From positions 98,830,001 through 98,894,000 of the forward strand of contig NW_024704742.1 of NCBI RefSeq assembly GCF_018977255.1: DNA of 64,000 bases, given 5' to 3'. Positions within the stretch are counted from its first letter, which is position 1. Each line of letters opens with the position of its first letter. The notes below the pieces were generated by a model. The model did not search any database. It saw nothing but the letters and a program-made list of their open reading frames with translations, and was not told the origin of the DNA. Source of the DNA: Callorhinchus milii. Lineage: Eukaryota. The position numbers and the translations under genes are program-made. Below are positions 39,846 through 64,000 of the stretch, one piece after another.

Positions 39846-41093
39846 AGGATGTAATGATAGACTGTCATAAATGGTGCACCTGTTTTAGCTTTAGCCACTA
39901 CGTCTGCTGTGATAAGATCTGAAATTCAGTGTAAATTTGGAAGTTGTTTATCCACAGCTCTTAAAAAAACATCTTCCAAATTAACATTGAATTAAAAAAA
40001 TTCCACATTTCTGCGCCACGACTGCGTGAGGGGTGTTATAGAAATGCAAGTTGTTGTTGTTATCTTAATTCTGAAGCAAAATGGTCTTACAGGCTAAGTA
40101 GGACTGGGTGAAAATTTCAGGCTTGATGTGCTCATCATCATCATTGTAGATTGCAGGTGTGGGTCCACTTCCTGTCATAAAACATCTGCAAAATCAAAAT
40201 CTATGAACAAGTTATTTAATCTTCTGTTAAAGAAATTAGTTAAAAGATGACGGAGTTTTTGTGATATACATGGGCTCGATATTCTATTTCAGTCCTCAAA
40301 GGGCTTTGCTACTTTTTCTTCATTGGAACATAGAATTGTCCATTCCAATCTATGGATATATTCCAATTCAATCCATTGCTTTTCTTTACTAAGTGAGGTC
40401 TCTATCGCATCCTCCCTAGGATATGAAGTGAGACAAATTGATTTGTCAATCGGGCCCAATTAATTAATTGTAAATCATCCTCTATGTTGTGCCATTCCAT
40501 TCTCTGGCAAACAATTTTTCCAGTCATGCAGTAAATAAAGAATAATGTAAAAATTAGCTATAATATAATTACTGCTCCCATGATTTATGGTGCCAATGAA
40601 TTTAACAGTCAGATTACTGCCAAAGCAGCTTGGGAATCAAAATTCAACATCTATTACTTATTAGTGAATGCTGTTCATAATGGTCATTAATACAAAGTCA
40701 AACTCCAGCCTGGGAATGATTAACACAATTTTAATCTATTTATATCAAAAAAGCAATTACTGCATTTGGTTGCCTTCAAACCCTAAATGGTTTCAAAAGA
40801 AACTTCAGAAGGTACCTCTCTGCTTGGGAAGAAAGAAAGGGAGCAACAAGGAAACTCATTAACTTCAAACACTATAGTGGTGTGTGCATCATTTTGAGGA
40901 TTGGGTGACTTAATGATACCCATAATTTAATAGCAACAATCCTCTTGTACAATGGTGGCCAACCTGTGGCCCGTGAGCTGGAAGCAACCCATGGGACCAT
41001 CAAGAAGCAGCCCCCACGAACATTTGCACAAATCTAGATAAGTACACATTCAATCAATAGCGTGTTTCAGTTTTTTTCTTAATTAAATATTTC

Positions 41094-41099
41094 TTTATT
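41094..41099 (-). terminator. Candidate TMC2-like polyadenylation signal (AATAAA on - strand)
   Basis: TTTATT on + strand ~75 nt past the stop; an alternative lies at 38482-38487. Confidence 0.35.
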
Positions 41100-41174
41100 T
41101 ATGCTATGAATCAAGAAATATGCATTCAAATATTTTTGTTGTTGGCCGACAATAAAGGTTGGCCTTACCGTAGT

Positions 41175-63223
<22,049 letters not shown>

Positions 63224-63404
63224 CTGCATGGCCAAAAGAAGTTGCATTGTTAGATCTAGCAAATTCCATCAAGAAAGACATTACATGAGTGAAATTTGGG
63301 TTTCAGTGTTATAGGGTATAACCATTTCAATTGACTGAAATGCATGCACCATTTAATCCAAATTGCAATCACTCATAAATTGCAATTTTAACACTGTATT
63401 TACA

Positions 63405-63757
63405 TAATAATAAATAATAATCCTTGTATTTGATATAGCAACTTATCACGTCTTCAAGATGTCTCAAAGCGCTTCACAGAATATACTGTAAAGTGAATTG
63501 ATTATATTTTGTGGGCAAAACACGGCAGTCAATCGTACACAGCAGTGTCCCACAAATAGTCGTGGATTAAAGTGACCAATTTATTATTTTTTTGAAGGAA
63601 TTATTACCCCCGGAAAAGAGATCCACCAATCGACTAACAACCAGGTTCCTACTTATTGTTAGGTAAACAAAGGCATGTGGCATAAGGAAACTTTCCCAAC
63701 ATTTCGCCCTGAAAATAGAACCTAGATGCTCTAATTACTGAGCTACAGAACTCCACA
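63405..63757 (-). mobile_element. Same tRNA-derived SINE family, longer variant
   Basis: Head ttctgtagctcag, internal tgtttaccta..aagtaggaacctggttgttagtcgattgg, same tail. Confidence 0.85.
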
Positions 63758-64000
63758 TCATGCTTAAACGTAATGGATTTGAATGAACGACTTTCAGTTC
63801 ATTTGTAACTTCTCATGGTTTTAGCCTTCAAAACAATTTTATTAAAATCTGAGACTATGCAGAATTTGGGCAGATTCATTCTTAACAACAACTTGCACTT
63901 ATATAGCGCCCTCTATGCAGGGTAGCGTCTCATAGCGCTTAACAGGAGAAGAGCCTGACTCCGAGCCGGGGTGGGAGGTGACCATAAGTAGGGTCAATAA

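Overview
This is eukaryotic, vertebrate genomic DNA, most likely from a cartilaginous fish. That assignment is an inference from the shark-type DeuSINE/L2/CR1 repeat content and the protein sequences. Two multi-exon genes lie tail-to-tail. (1) A complete 13-exon cytosolic retinaldehyde dehydrogenase on the + strand (CDS 4960-37203, 1533 nt, 510 aa, all introns GT-AG), best called ALDH1A1. (2) A hair-cell mechanotransduction channel gene of the TMC1/TMC2 group on the - strand (18 coding exons, 41175-~63223, at least 933 aa, 5' end probably outside the window). The main oddity is that this TMC gene sits where mammals have TMC1 (convergent with ALDH1A1), yet its sequence and exon sizes are mostly TMC2-like, which points to a tmc2a-type paralogue absent from mammals. 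Introns are dense in tRNA-derived SINEs, L2 and CR1 LINE fragments (several nested, with visible target-site duplications), small MITE-like elements and two unclassified repeat families. One of these has seven copies, all on the same strand and all within ~215 bp of an exon. There are no prokaryotic features, CRISPR arrays or true tRNA/rRNA genes. Comparisons with human and zebrafish sequences are from memory and need alignment to confirm.
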